From the sequence record LR756511.1: DNA of 64,000 nucleotides; one strand, given 5' to 3'. The stretch's first letter is position 1; each line of letters opens with the position of its first letter. Both the position numbers and the translations under genes were made by a program. Below, piece by piece: positions 1 through 9,952 of the stretch. The notes under the pieces are model-generated. The model did not search any database. It was not told the DNA's origin and worked only from the letters and a program-made list of their open reading frames with translations.

Positions 1-40
1 ATTTTGCCATCAGAGCGGCGGCTATAAAGCGGTGGTAATT

Positions 41-247
41 TCATATCTGATAACTCCATTCTTGTTCAGCGGCCATTTCGAACACCTTTTCTCCATATTT
101 CTCGTAAGCTATGGAGTGCTTTGCGCAAAATCGACAAGCGTTATAACGCTGGATAACTCCCGTAGGCTTTCCTAAGAAATTGTCACGCACGCGAAACCAG
201 CAGTCATATAACTCGTCAAAGTCCAAAAAGCATATCTCACACTTCAT
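41..247 (-). CDS. hypothetical protein
   Basis: 68 aa ORF, coupled to upstream ORF on the dominant strand. Confidence 0.5.
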   Translation of the reverse strand: MKCEICFLDFDELYDCWFRVRDNFLGKPTGVIQRYNACRFCAKHSIAYEKYGEKVFEMAAEQEWSYQI

Positions 248-446
248 TTAGGACTTCCTCTCGCATTTCGTACAGCTCATCCTCACAGCGGATTCTGTTT
301 AGCCTATTACAGACCCTTTGAACCTTGGCCGAATCTCTAGAGATTACATTATCTCGATAGAGATTCGGCCAAGACTCTATGTAATCCACCAACGGATACC
401 ATTGTCCGCGAGCGGATCGCCACCATAGCTTATACAACTTTATCAT
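237..446 (-). CDS. hypothetical protein
   Basis: 69 aa ORF overlapping the PARP stop (ATGA-type coupling). Confidence 0.5.
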   Translation of the reverse strand: MIKLYKLWWRSARGQWYPLVDYIESWPNLYRDNVISRDSAKVQRVCNRLNRIRCEDELYEMREEVLNEV

Positions 447-2032
447 GTGTCAAATTCGCAAAGGTAGCGAAGCTGATTTTGCCTACCATCGTAAATAATC
501 CATTCATTATTCACGACGCCAGATCGTCCAGCCTTACCGAACACGCAATGGTGTCCCTTTGGAGGCGAAGCATAACCGCCAGAAGAAGGAGCTACATAAG
601 GGCTTCCAAGGACCACATCGCAAGCAAACATGAAGGCGGCACGACCACGCACGTTGCCATCACCAGACGACCAATAAGAGCCGCGAAGTGACGTATAACC
701 AGCAGATTTCCGCCAATCGTCAGCGAAGTAGCAGCCTGGACCGAACATCGCACCAGTAATTACAACGCCGACTAGTTGCTTGGGTAGTCGCAAACCTTCT
801 CTTAAAATACCACGGACATTAACAGAACGGGTGCCGTGGAATAGGAGAGCGGTATTTGTGCTGTGATAACGCTTTAAGAGAGTGTTGTCATCCAAGTCAT
901 TTCTTTCTGTCGGCTGGTAGGGCGGTCGTTCCGTAATGCGGGGCTTCTCATCAATAATACCGCCCTGAGTCTTTTCAACCTTTTCCTGATCGCCGTTACG
1001 GGCAACCTTCCACATATTCTTGATCTTCATGTTGCCAACGCCCGCATGACGATTGGCACTGGCCTTCGGCCACCAATTATAGAGGAATTTTCCAAGAGCC
1101 GTGCTAGGATCAATCCATTCCATCTTAAGTGGCATTCCATCAAACGGATCGCTTGCATCTGTATCCGAATCCGTCGTAACATATAGAGCAGATTCGAATG
1201 CGTCAAGGTCCGCAAGCCAAGCGAGAATGTTATCCTTATTTAAAAGCCAATCCTTCGGCGGGCAATGTAGAGCCTTCTTTTTGGGAATGCGGCTATACAT
1301 GACGCGAGTAAGCTGATTAAGCTCATTGTCAGCAACTTGATCGTCAACATTATCGCCAACCTTAATGAGCCGCTTCTGCGCTTCCACAAGAATATCGCGG
1401 GCTTCATTAATTGACTTTTGAGTTGGAAGGCAAGCGTCGGCCATTGACCCGCGAGTATAAGAAACCGTAGCCACGTTTAAATCTTTCATTAAACGCAGCG
1501 TATTGGTGTCAATGGTAATGGAAGGCTTTTTAGCGCCATTGCCATTCATGACTGCTGGCTTTGCCGTAGTCTTTGCGCCTTCGTTAAGCTTAATCGTCTT
1601 CGCGTCAGGAAGACCCGTTGAGCGAGTTGCCATAGGACGCACTAAATAGCAGTCCTTATTTGGCTTGGCTTGAAGCGTGCGAATGCCCGCTACAGTCGTC
1701 CATTGCCCACGCTTATCATTCTTTTCGTGAAGTTGCTTGGCGAATTCATACTGAGCATCGGATTCGCTGCTGCATTCAACAAATTGGAATTGAGGTGAAG
1801 AGGCACCTGTGCGACCCCACTCAAAATAAGCATACCACTTCTTAGTCTTGCGGTTTTGGACTACCGCACCGTGATAATACTTGTTACTATCCTTGCCTGA
1901 CTGATCGAAGCAGCCAAGGTCGGCAATCTTACAGTTTTCGAATTGACCATCTTCTGTTGCTGGCGGTCCAAAACACTGAAAATCTTCGGGAGTAGAACTG
2001 CCAGGAAAAGTGCTTTTGTCAAGTTTAGCCAT
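443..2032 (-). CDS. poly(ADP-ribose) polymerase-like protein (WGR + helical regulatory + ART catalytic domains)
   Basis: WGR motif (YFEWGRTG), helical region, catalytic LLFHGT / MFGPGCYFA / NEWIIYD with an intact H-Y-E triad. Confidence 0.9.
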   Translation of the reverse strand: MAKLDKSTFPGSSTPEDFQCFGPPATEDGQFENCKIADLGCFDQSGKDSNKYYHGAVVQNRKTKKWYAYFEWGRTGASSPQFQFVECSSESDAQYEFAKQLHEKNDKRGQWTTVAGIRTLQAKPNKDCYLVRPMATRSTGLPDAKTIKLNEGAKTTAKPAVMNGNGAKKPSITIDTNTLRLMKDLNVATVSYTRGSMADACLPTQKSINEARDILVEAQKRLIKVGDNVDDQVADNELNQLTRVMYSRIPKKKALHCPPKDWLLNKDNILAWLADLDAFESALYVTTDSDTDASDPFDGMPLKMEWIDPSTALGKFLYNWWPKASANRHAGVGNMKIKNMWKVARNGDQEKVEKTQGGIIDEKPRITERPPYQPTERNDLDDNTLLKRYHSTNTALLFHGTRSVNVRGILREGLRLPKQLVGVVITGAMFGPGCYFADDWRKSAGYTSLRGSYWSSGDGNVRGRAAFMFACDVVLGSPYVAPSSGGYASPPKGHHCVFGKAGRSGVVNNEWIIYDGRQNQLRYLCEFDT

Positions 2033-2091
2033 GTTTGTTTCCGTTTCTAAAGTGTTAGTGTTGTTACTGGTTTAATCGAGAAATTCCAGAA

Positions 2092-3660
2092 CTAAGTTAA
2101 ACTAATTCTGGAATTTTGACCGTGGGTTAAGATGTTAGTTACCTTGTCTTTGTTAATGTGCTGGAACAAAGCTTTATATGTGTCTAAAATCCTTTGCCAG
2201 CAGATAGACGAAATCATGATTCCATCTTGATCTACAAAACAAATGTTATCCTTATTATCCAAGCCGCCCGCCTGAAAAGGCGTCATTCTATGTCCCACCT
2301 TATCCCGCACTTCAAGAAACATTTGTCTGCCAGCATTCTTTGCTTGCCAATAGATTGCGTCGATGAAGAACCGAATGAAATATCTGGCCCGCCCATAATC
2401 TCCCATTGGAGTCATTAGCTGATACATCTCCGTCATGAATGGAGAATTGCGGTTGTTAACAGGACTAGAATACTGATATTGTTCTAGTTCATACACAAAA
2501 GGTCTGTAGCTGCCAACCATTTCCATCAGGTTAGGCACACCCAGCGTTAGGAAGTCAATAATTTTCGGCTTCACATAACGCGAAAGACAATCAAGTAGAA
2601 TCGCTAGGGTGTTAGCAGCCGCGATATTGAACTCTTCTGGCGTTAAGTCTTTGGCGTCGTCAGACCGATAAGCACGCCAGCGTGATTCCATGCCGCGACG
2701 ATTAGCAGCAAGCAAGCTGGTGATGACGAAAACCAGTCCAATATTACGCTTGTCTTGTAGGTCCGCTTCCTCATAGACCTTTTCGCCATTGCTGACTTTC
2801 TCTTCAATATCGCTCATGTAGCGATAGACTTTCCGAAAGTCTTCCATTCCTACCTTTGGTCCAGCAAGCAAGTCTTGTAATTCTGGACGGGTAAAGGATG
2901 CATAAAAATCCAAAACCGTTTGACTGCTCTGCGTCTCCCGTTTGGCGAGTAGATTCACCATGAACAGGGATTTAGTGTCTGTAGTTACATCGGCGGCTGG
3001 TGCGATAGGAAGCATTTTGATAATATCAAGACACTTCTTAGAGATTGGGCCAGTAAAATCGAGGCTAACAATGTCGAAAACATCCTTCATTTTTGGAAGG
3101 ATGTTTTCTAATCGTCCGAGCTTGGGGATAATACCGTAGCGATACGCATTATCGTGAAATTCGCGCTTCGCATCCTCATCGCCGCCTTCTACGCCAACGA
3201 TATTGCACGCCTTAAAGCCTAGATCAAGGTAGATCGGAACTTCCAGGCACTTTTTACCAGGAAGACACAACACCTTCATTCGTTGTCGCTCAGAAGGCGT
3301 AGTGTGCTTTGCGACAAACTCTTTCCACTTCTCGCGCCAAAGCTGCTTAGTGGCATTGTCGTAATTAGCGTGACAACCATATGCCTCATTCGCATCCTCA
3401 TCGTCGTCAACGCATTCTAGAACATCCTCAATATCGACTACTTCATCATCTGCTTCTACCTCAATTACAACTGGTTCATCAACTTTCTTGTCGCCCCAAA
3501 TTTTAGTCCAGGCTGTAATCGCGGAAATGGTGGCTAGACTAACCCCGTATTGAGCGGCACACTCGCGGCGACGGGCACGCTTTTCCTCTTCATCGTGCGA
3601 TTCGGCAACATAAGCGCGAATGAATTGCTTGTCGGCATCGCTAAGCTTTGTTTCGACCAT
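2092..3660 (-). CDS. N-terminal HTH plus putative SAM-dependent methyltransferase-fold protein
   Basis: HTH-like RRECAAQYGVSLATIS; Rossmann-like KVLCLPG...IVGVEG...FDIVSLDFTG. Confidence 0.5.
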   Translation of the reverse strand: MVETKLSDADKQFIRAYVAESHDEEEKRARRRECAAQYGVSLATISAITAWTKIWGDKKVDEPVVIEVEADDEVVDIEDVLECVDDDEDANEAYGCHANYDNATKQLWREKWKEFVAKHTTPSERQRMKVLCLPGKKCLEVPIYLDLGFKACNIVGVEGGDEDAKREFHDNAYRYGIIPKLGRLENILPKMKDVFDIVSLDFTGPISKKCLDIIKMLPIAPAADVTTDTKSLFMVNLLAKRETQSSQTVLDFYASFTRPELQDLLAGPKVGMEDFRKVYRYMSDIEEKVSNGEKVYEEADLQDKRNIGLVFVITSLLAANRRGMESRWRAYRSDDAKDLTPEEFNIAAANTLAILLDCLSRYVKPKIIDFLTLGVPNLMEMVGSYRPFVYELEQYQYSSPVNNRNSPFMTEMYQLMTPMGDYGRARYFIRFFIDAIYWQAKNAGRQMFLEVRDKVGHRMTPFQAGGLDNKDNICFVDQDGIMISSICWQRILDTYKALFQHINKDKVTNILTHGQNSRISLT

Positions 3661-3699
3661 GACTCAAGGAACCCCGTTGTCAACGATATGCACAAAGCT

Positions 3700-3727
3700 A
3701 TCTTACTACGAATCCCGCCAAAGTAAA
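3700..3727 (-). promoter_or_regulatory. phage early-type promoter TTTACT-N12-GTAG-TAAGAT
   Basis: one of five copies of TT(G/T)AC(A/T)-N12-G(T/A)AG-TAnnnT, all in intergenic gaps upstream of minus-strand units. Confidence 0.6.
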
Positions 3728-3732
3728 ATGAC

Positions 3733-4491
3733 TTACCACAAGACCCGTTCAAATGTCCAGTATTTCGGGAGAAACTGCGGCTTCATGGTTTCAAGGAAAT
3801 GGCATCTCCAAATTTGGACAAACTCATTGATGTCCTCCAGTTTGTCCAAAACAATTTTGCCGTGATGAACGTAATCGCCAAAGTTATACGGGTCTACCTT
3901 AGACAAATTTTCTAAATCTTCAACCGTCCACTTACGATGAAGATGGTCTTCCACTATCTTAGAAAGGGCTTCAAAACGGTAAGGCGGCAATTTATCTTTT
4001 GCGGAAAGAAGAGTGGAAGCTGCACCCTTTACAGTCCCTAGCATTTTATCAAACTTAAACCCAGCACCGCTCAAGGGAGCGTTATACTTATCAGCAAATT
4101 TCTTCTTTAACTCTACCGCATGATCTTCATAAGTTCTATGACATGGAATGCACAGAGGCATTACATCATAGCTGCGATGTTCTTTAAATTGAATTGGAAA
4201 GAATCTTCGGTAGCAATAAGGAACAATATGATGACGGTTTAAATCCTCTTCACCGCCGCAGACAACACAGCGGTTTTCCATGATTTGAAGGAAATAAGGG
4301 TCATCAAGATGCCCTACGCCTTTCGGAATAAAAGTTAGCTGAACCGTGAGCGGCGATTCAGCTAACTTTACCCCTAAATTCTTCTTAAGATACCAGTTAG
4401 CCTTCTTGCGACAGCAACGAAACATCAATTGCCCGTCAGGGCTTAGTATTTCACAATTTTCGTATTGAGGACTCTTGAGTGCAAAGTTCAT
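3733..4491 (-). CDS. HNH-like protein homologous to the C-terminal domain of eukaryotic EXD2
   Basis: NCEILSPDGQLMFRCCRKKANWY...ENRCVVCG...RHHIVPYCYRRFFP..KEHRSYDVMPLCIPCH...YVHHG...WRCHFLETMKPQFLP follows the EXD2 C-terminus throughout. Confidence 0.8.
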   Translation of the reverse strand: MNFALKSPQYENCEILSPDGQLMFRCCRKKANWYLKKNLGVKLAESPLTVQLTFIPKGVGHLDDPYFLQIMENRCVVCGGEEDLNRHHIVPYCYRRFFPIQFKEHRSYDVMPLCIPCHRTYEDHAVELKKKFADKYNAPLSGAGFKFDKMLGTVKGAASTLLSAKDKLPPYRFEALSKIVEDHLHRKWTVEDLENLSKVDPYNFGDYVHHGKIVLDKLEDINEFVQIWRCHFLETMKPQFLPKYWTFERVLW

Positions 4492-5336
4492 CTAAACCAC
4501 CACGTACTTTCATTTTCTCCATTCCGCGTATCTTTAACTGGCGGATTCTTTCCTTAGTTACGCGGAACTTACGCCCAATTTCATCTAATGTGAGCGGCGA
4601 ATTACCATCCAGGCCAAAGTAATACTTAATGATTTCCCGCTCTCGATAATCAACACGTTTAAGCCGTTCGTGAACGAAAACGGATTGATCGTGTGTCGCC
4701 ATATCCTCACCATTCACGGCAGTCAAAGCTTCCAATCCATGCTCAAACTGCTCTGGTTCGAAATTAGTTATCATCGGGAACTTACGTTCTGCCGCAAGTC
4801 CTTTGCGGATATGATCTTTAATCACATACCACGGCTTGCGTTAATCCAGTATAACCGTCTGCAAGAGATAATTCTAAAGATGTATATTTCATCTTTTTGG
4901 CAATGGTCATAACTGCGCGACCATTTGCGCAAGCAATGATATTCTTAATTTCCCCCATTAACTTATAGTGTTTGGCCAAATCTTTAATGGCTTTTTCAAT
5001 GGTCGAATCCTTAAACGTTGGAGAGGTTTTCTCAGCCAAAGTTTTGAACTTATATTTTACGAAATTATACTTGCGAAGTAAATGCTGTTCTTGGGTTTTA
5101 TTGAGTAGCGGTTGTTCGTACATGAATTTAAATTCTGGTGGCGCTGACTTTCGATCACGGTCAGTCTTAGCCTTTAATTCTAAATACTTTTCATAACCTG
5201 GAAGTTGATCCAGGTTTTTCATTATCTCCCGTTCCTTGCTTCTATCATCAAAATCATCCAACAACCACAGTTTTCTAAACTGCATTGTTTCCAGCTTTTC
5301 CTGCCAAGACATTAGTTTAAGTCTAGAATCGTTCAT
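4451..5336 (-). pseudogene. sigma-70 family RNA polymerase sigma factor, split/frameshifted (regions 1.2-2.2 in 4818..5336; regions 2.4-4 in 4451..4825)
   Basis: upstream part ends GYTGLTQAV; the other frame continues WYVIKDHIRKG and carries a classic region 4 HTH (REREIIKYYFGLDG..LTLDEIGRKFRVTKERIRQL); region 2.3 is missing. Confidence 0.75.
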
Positions 5337-5356
5337 GTGATTTCCTGATTTAGACG

Positions 5357-5384
5357 AAAAAAGCCAGAACAATCTGGCTTTTTT
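5357..5384. terminator. intrinsic terminator (bidirectional type)
   Basis: aaaaaagccaga-acaa-tctggctttttt. Confidence 0.75.
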
Positions 5385-5404
5385 CATTCCCTGGAAAGGA
5401 AATG

Positions 5405-5587
5405 TTAGTAATGCACGGGCACGGACTTAATAGCACAGATAACTTCTTCGTCTGTTACTTCGTCCTGAACGCCGACAAAGCTCGTATCCTTACGATTCAT
5501 AAGGATAGCTTTGCCCTTCTCCGCGTTCCCCTTGAGCGCGACCAACAAATTGCCACGCTCCTCATCATTCAGTGGTCGGAACTCCAT
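5405..5587 (-). CDS. hypothetical protein
   Basis: ORF starting MEFRP with GGAG upstream. Confidence 0.5.
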   Translation of the reverse strand: MEFRPLNDEERGNLLVALKGNAEKGKAILMNRKDTSFVGVQDEVTDEEVICAIKSVPVHY

Positions 5588-5948
5588 CGGAAACTCCTTT
5601 CGTCCAAATCGAACCACAATCAGGCAAGTTCTTAGTCGCACGACAAAACAAATATGCGTGCGCCAGAACTAACGGTTGAGCCAATAATATAAGTTCACGC
5701 CTATACAAACTGACTCCAACTCCCTCAAACTTGTCTATGATTCTAAACCCACTACGCTTTATATTCCACAATTCCCCTTCGATGATAGTCCCGTTAGGCT
5801 CTTTTACCATCGCAGGAAAGTTGCCGCAACCATAAAGACGGAAAAGAGGATGGGTTTTGGCTTTGCTTACAAAAAATCCGTGGTCTACCAGGAGATTGTT
5901 GTTACAAAAGCCAGATTTCAGACTTCCATAGACAAAGAGGAAATCCAT
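5565..5948 (-). CDS. gamma-glutamylcyclotransferase (GGCT/AIG2-like)
   Basis: LFVYGSLKSG...N motif, IEGELW, DKFEG. Confidence 0.85.
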   Translation of the reverse strand: MDFLFVYGSLKSGFCNNNLLVDHGFFVSKAKTHPLFRLYGCGNFPAMVKEPNGTIIEGELWNIKRSGFRIIDKFEGVGVSLYRRELILLAQPLVLAHAYLFCRATKNLPDCGSIWTKGVSDGVPTTE

Positions 5949-5977
5949 AACTCACTATACTCGAAATTTTCATTGTG

Positions 5978-6679
5978 TCAAATTGATTTCTCGAAATCAA
6001 CATGGGCCAATTCTGCCAAACACGTAAATTCAGTTTTCTTGCGAGTGCGAAACTCTTCAAGTTCCTTAGTCCAATTCTGGTGCCAATGACCGAAAAACCA
6101 CTTTTTCGGTTGGTGATACGTGTACAACCAATCTAACTGTCTCTCCGTTAGATTTTCAGTTGTCTTATCCCCAAACATATTGGGCTTAAAGAATTCATGA
6201 ATTACAGAAGCAGGACAAGTATGCGTAACAACAAAATCAGGCTTTACTTCTTGATAATATTGGTTAGCCCGCCCAAATTGTTCTCTAGTAAGTTCTTCAT
6301 CCTTCCACCAAGATACCATAGGCGTGCGAAAATGCTTGTCGATGCTCCATGCCCCACGCACATAGAAGATCGGTCCAAAACCAGGGACTTCCCAAACGCC
6401 GTAGTCTTTAAGGAAATGCTTGCTTAAAAGGCAGAACCAATAGCCTCGCATTTCACATTTTTCACATTTCTTGCCCTTACAAGCTGTGCATTCAATGGGC
6501 GTATAATTATCATGATTGCCGCCAATACACTTGTGATGCTCAGGATCAAGACGATCTAAGTAATTATAATTGAATCCAACATCGCCTACACAAAGCGAAT
6601 ATTCCGCTCCTTCGGCAAGCTCGACGTATTGCTTGAACTTACCGTGAACATCACCAATAATTCGAAACAAAGGCTTCAT
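5978..6679 (-). CDS. calcineurin-like metallophosphoesterase
   Basis: GDVHG, GDVG, GNHD, THTCP, FGHWH motifs. Confidence 0.85.
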   Translation of the reverse strand: MKPLFRIIGDVHGKFKQYVELAEGAEYSLCVGDVGFNYNYLDRLDPEHHKCIGGNHDNYTPIECTACKGKKCEKCEMRGYWFCLLSKHFLKDYGVWEVPGFGPIFYVRGAWSIDKHFRTPMVSWWKDEELTREQFGRANQYYQEVKPDFVVTHTCPASVIHEFFKPNMFGDKTTENLTERQLDWLYTYHQPKKWFFGHWHQNWTKELEEFRTRKKTEFTCLAELAHVDFEKSI

Positions 6680-6699
6680 TTCTGCTCCTATATACCAAC

Positions 6700-7161
6700 A
6701 TGAAGACTTTCAATCAGTGGCTTGAATCCGTGGAATCCGTTTCAAACCTTACCCGTGAACTTGTTAAGAACCCTCTTGACCAACATCTTAGGATGGTCAC
6801 AGCAGACGCTCTTGAAGAAAGTGGCGAACACACTGCTAGCTTCCTTCGAATTAATGATCCAATCTACAACGTTCAATATTTTGAAACTTTCGTTAGGGCT
6901 GGCGCCATTCTACCTCAAGATAGGCGGGGCAATCCTACTGTTATAAACGAGATATTCACTTGGGACAATTTAATGAAATTTCTACGCAAGCATGGTCTTG
7001 TACAAATGCACGCCGATGAAGACGGTGCATGGACCCGTCAAGACAGACAATATATAAACGGTCACAGAAATCATAGGCTTGTAATTACGTTAGGGAATGG
7101 TCGCCCACTCCCTAACGTAATTCGCAACATCATTAATCAAATCCTTACGCTGCCTCGCTAG
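6700..7161 (+). CDS. putative head-packaged protein with TIGR02996-like domain
   Basis: [10 protein letters not shown]-terminus; [19 protein letters not shown] resembles TIGR02996; TATATA box 5 nt before ATG. Confidence 0.6.
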   Translation: MKTFNQWLESVESVSNLTRELVKNPLDQHLRMVTADALEESGEHTASFLRINDPIYNVQYFETFVRAGAILPQDRRGNPTVINEIFTWDNLMKFLRKHGLVQMHADEDGAWTRQDRQYINGHRNHRLVITLGNGRPLPNVIRNIINQILTLPR

Positions 7162-8458
7162 CTTCCACAGCCACCAACGGCTTCTCGCCACGCACAACTG
7201 CTTCATCGACAATGTAAGTCTGCCCATTGCCGTTGGTAAGGTTGAATTGGATTTCAAGCATCATTTCTTCAACCACGCTACGAAGGGCACGCGCACCCGT
7301 ATCAGACTTCAAGGCGCGCTTAGCAATTTCGCGGATCGCACCTTCTGAGAACTCAAGGTTGGCATTGTTATAACGGAAGAGTTTGCGATACTGCTTGAGT
7401 AACGCATTCTGAGGCTCCGTCAGAACCTTAACCAACGACTCTTCATTCAATTCTTGAAGCGCCGTAAGCACAGGAACACGACCCACGAATTCGGGAATCA
7501 TACCGAAATGGATAAGGTCATCCGTCGTTGTTTGAGCGAGCAGCCAATCACACTGTTTCTTCTTATCGGTGTCACACTCATCAATCGTTGCGCCGAAACC
7601 AATACTTCGCTTGCCAACTCGCTTAGCAATAATGTCATCAAGACCAACGAATGCGCCACCAACGATAAAGAGGATGTTAGTGGTGTCAATCTGGATATAT
7701 TGCTGTTCGGGATGCTTACGGCCACCATGCGGAGGAACATTGGCTAGCGTTCCTTCAAGCATCTTGAGCAATGCCTGCTGAACGCCTTCGCCTGAAACGT
7801 CACGGGTAATAGAAACATTCTGGCTCTTCTTGCCGATCTTGTCGATTTCATCAATATAAATGATGCCGCACTGTGCCCGTTCCAAATCAAAATCCGCAGC
7901 ACGAATTAATCGCAAAAGCAAGTTCTCAACGTCTTCACCGACATATCCAGCTTCGGTCAAAGTAGTAGCATCACCAATCGCAAAAGGAACATCAAGAATC
8001 TTGGCTAGCGTTTGGCACAGCAATGTCTTTCCAGAGCCAGTTGGTCCAAGGAGAAGGACGTTTGCCTTGTCGATAACAACGTTTTCAAGTTCGTCGCCAG
8101 AACCAGCAACGGCACGACGCACACGGTCTTCATCCACTAAACGCTTATAATGGTTGCTGACAGCCACAGAAAGCACTTTTTTGGCACGATCCTGACCAAT
8201 CACATACTTGTTTAACTGCTCGACAATTTCCTTCGGTGTCGGGATTCGCTTAGGGACATGTACAGAAGGGTTTTGCTTCAAGACTCGTTCGCAATCCTTA
8301 AGACATGATGGGCAAACGTATACTGGAGATTCCTGTGCGGCTCGATTCGGGTTGTTTGTGCTACCTGGACCCTCTACAAGCTGCTTTACCTCAGCTTCTG
8401 CCTTGCCACAGAAATCACAAAATAATGGTGGACGATCTTTGGAACGCTTACGGCTCAT
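7145..8458 (-). CDS. clpX: ATP-dependent Clp protease ATP-binding subunit ClpX
   Basis: C4 zinc-binding domain, [33 protein letters not shown] loop; AAGGAG RBS before MSRKRSK. Confidence 0.97.
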   Translation of the reverse strand: MSRKRSKDRPPLFCDFCGKAEAEVKQLVEGPGSTNNPNRAAQESPVYVCPSCLKDCERVLKQNPSVHVPKRIPTPKEIVEQLNKYVIGQDRAKKVLSVAVSNHYKRLVDEDRVRRAVAGSGDELENVVIDKANVLLLGPTGSGKTLLCQTLAKILDVPFAIGDATTLTEAGYVGEDVENLLLRLIRAADFDLERAQCGIIYIDEIDKIGKKSQNVSITRDVSGEGVQQALLKMLEGTLANVPPHGGRKHPEQQYIQIDTTNILFIVGGAFVGLDDIIAKRVGKRSIGFGATIDECDTDKKKQCDWLLAQTTTDDLIHFGMIPEFVGRVPVLTALQELNEESLVKVLTEPQNALLKQYRKLFRYNNANLEFSEGAIREIAKRALKSDTGARALRSVVEEMMLEIQFNLTNGNGQTYIVDEAVVRGEKPLVAVEASEAA

Positions 8459-8525
8459 AAAATTTCTCCTTTGGCAATTGTCGATGTTGACGCACACTCC
8501 CACTTTACTCGGAAATCCCGCAATG

Positions 8526-9338
8526 TCAAATGGTTACGTCCTCTGCTTTCTTTAAAATTGCCAGGGACTCATCCAGATTAAGCTGCTGCCGAACCTCTGA
8601 ATCCGTAGCTTCAAGTGCGAGAACAAGTTGTGGCACAGTCGCATTACCTAACTCTGGTTTATTTAGGACTAAAGCAACAGTATTTCTTATCTTGAGCAAA
8701 ACAGAAACGGTCTTTGCGTTGTCTAGCTCCATGCTAGCGGCAAGAATCATGAAGGACAAAACAACCGCCGCCGCGTAAGCCCCAAAAAGTAAGGCTAAAG
8801 CAACCGCCAGCACTCCCACAATTTGACCAATCCTAACCGACCACCAAGTTGCGTCCTCATAATCAATAATTGAGGCAAGAGATGCCCTAAGAATACGTCC
8901 CCCATCCATAGGTAACAATGGCAGTAAATTAAAGGTAAATATAATCAAATTAACAACTGCGAACAAACCAAAGACGAAAAGCATCCCTGGAAGGTCGAAT
9001 ATCAAGAATATAAGGCAAAATGGCATAAACAATGCAAATAAAGCAAAACTCACCACAGGCCCAGCCGCTCCTACACAAATCTCTTCTTTAGGATTACAGC
9101 GAATAGTCATATTGGCTATACCGCCCATAAAGTAAATTGTTACATCATATACTGCCCAGCCGAAATATTGAGCCATACAAACATGACCATATTCATGTAA
9201 GACGACAAAGAAATAGCCTAATGCGGAAAAGCAAAATCCGATAGGCCCAGCCGCTAAAAAGGCTAATCCCAACATAAGGAAGGCAGAGAAGTTTATATAA
9301 AGCGGCACATTGAAAAAAGTTCCAATTTTGAAATTCAT
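8526..9338 (-). CDS. site-2 protease (peptidase M50, SpoIVFB-like)
   Basis: [23 protein letters not shown], multiple TM segments. Confidence 0.9.
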   Translation of the reverse strand: MNFKIGTFFNVPLYINFSAFLMLGLAFLAAGPIGFCFSALGYFFVVLHEYGHVCMAQYFGWAVYDVTIYFMGGIANMTIRCNPKEEICVGAAGPVVSFALFALFMPFCLIFLIFDLPGMLFVFGLFAVVNLIIFTFNLLPLLPMDGGRILRASLASIIDYEDATWWSVRIGQIVGVLAVALALLFGAYAAAVVLSFMILAASMELDNAKTVSVLLKIRNTVALVLNKPELGNATVPQLVLALEATDSEVRQQLNLDESLAILKKAEDVTI

Positions 9339-9362
9339 ATTACACCTTACTAATATAAGTTC

Positions 9363-9950
9363 ATGAGATTAGACCACATTGCTTATCGAGTAGCAGATCG
9401 CAAAAAAACGGCCCAATTCTTCATAGAGGCTCTAGGATACCATATTCAGCAGGAATTTACCATAGATTTTGACGACGGAACAAAAGCACAATGTATTGCT
9501 TTGGAACCGCCTGAGAAAGTCAAAGGGCAGACATTTTGGACTGCAAAACAAATTGAAACTCCCGTTTATTATGTATCCGAAGGCGGAATACCTGTAATTG
9601 GCGACACATATGTAGATTACCACTTAGCTCCTGAAATATTCGTAAGTGATGGTCCTTCTGGCAGTATTGTAGGCGATTGGGTTGCTGCACGTAATGGTAT
9701 CGGCGGCATTCATCATATGGCATATCAAGTGGAAAGTGTTGCTAAGACAATGGAAGAATGGAAAGCGAAAGGATATGCAGAGTTTAGCACAGACGAACCG
9801 ATTAAATGTCCTGGTCTTACTCAGGTTTTTACAAAGCCATCTGCTTTGACAGGTGTTATATATGAGTTTATTGAACGTGGAGAACATGGTTTTTGCGCAG
9901 AGAATGTGAAAAATTTAATGCTGGCTACAGCAGAAAATAATAAGGTGTAA
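9363..9950 (+). CDS. VOC (glyoxalase/dioxygenase) family protein
   Basis: LDHIAYRV, GGIHHMAYQV, terminal YEFIER. Confidence 0.8.
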   Translation: MRLDHIAYRVADRKKTAQFFIEALGYHIQQEFTIDFDDGTKAQCIALEPPEKVKGQTFWTAKQIETPVYYVSEGGIPVIGDTYVDYHLAPEIFVSDGPSGSIVGDWVAARNGIGGIHHMAYQVESVAKTMEEWKAKGYAEFSTDEPIKCPGLTQVFTKPSALTGVIYEFIERGEHGFCAENVKNLMLATAENNKV

Positions 9951-9952
9951 AT

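Noticed and set aside
479-1845. Plus-strand ORFs inside the PARP gene
   Set aside because: Antisense shadows with no motifs; the same applies to most short opposite-strand ORFs inside clpX, prs, parB, purC, map and others
2081-2116. Inverted repeat aaattccagaa/ttctggaattt as a terminator
   Set aside because: 14-nt loop, AT-rich stem and weak U-tract; not supportable beyond a possible hairpin
5337-5387. Sigma gene start at 5387 (MKKARLF)
   Set aside because: Overlaps a clear terminator hairpin; MNDSR at 5336 has an AGGA RBS
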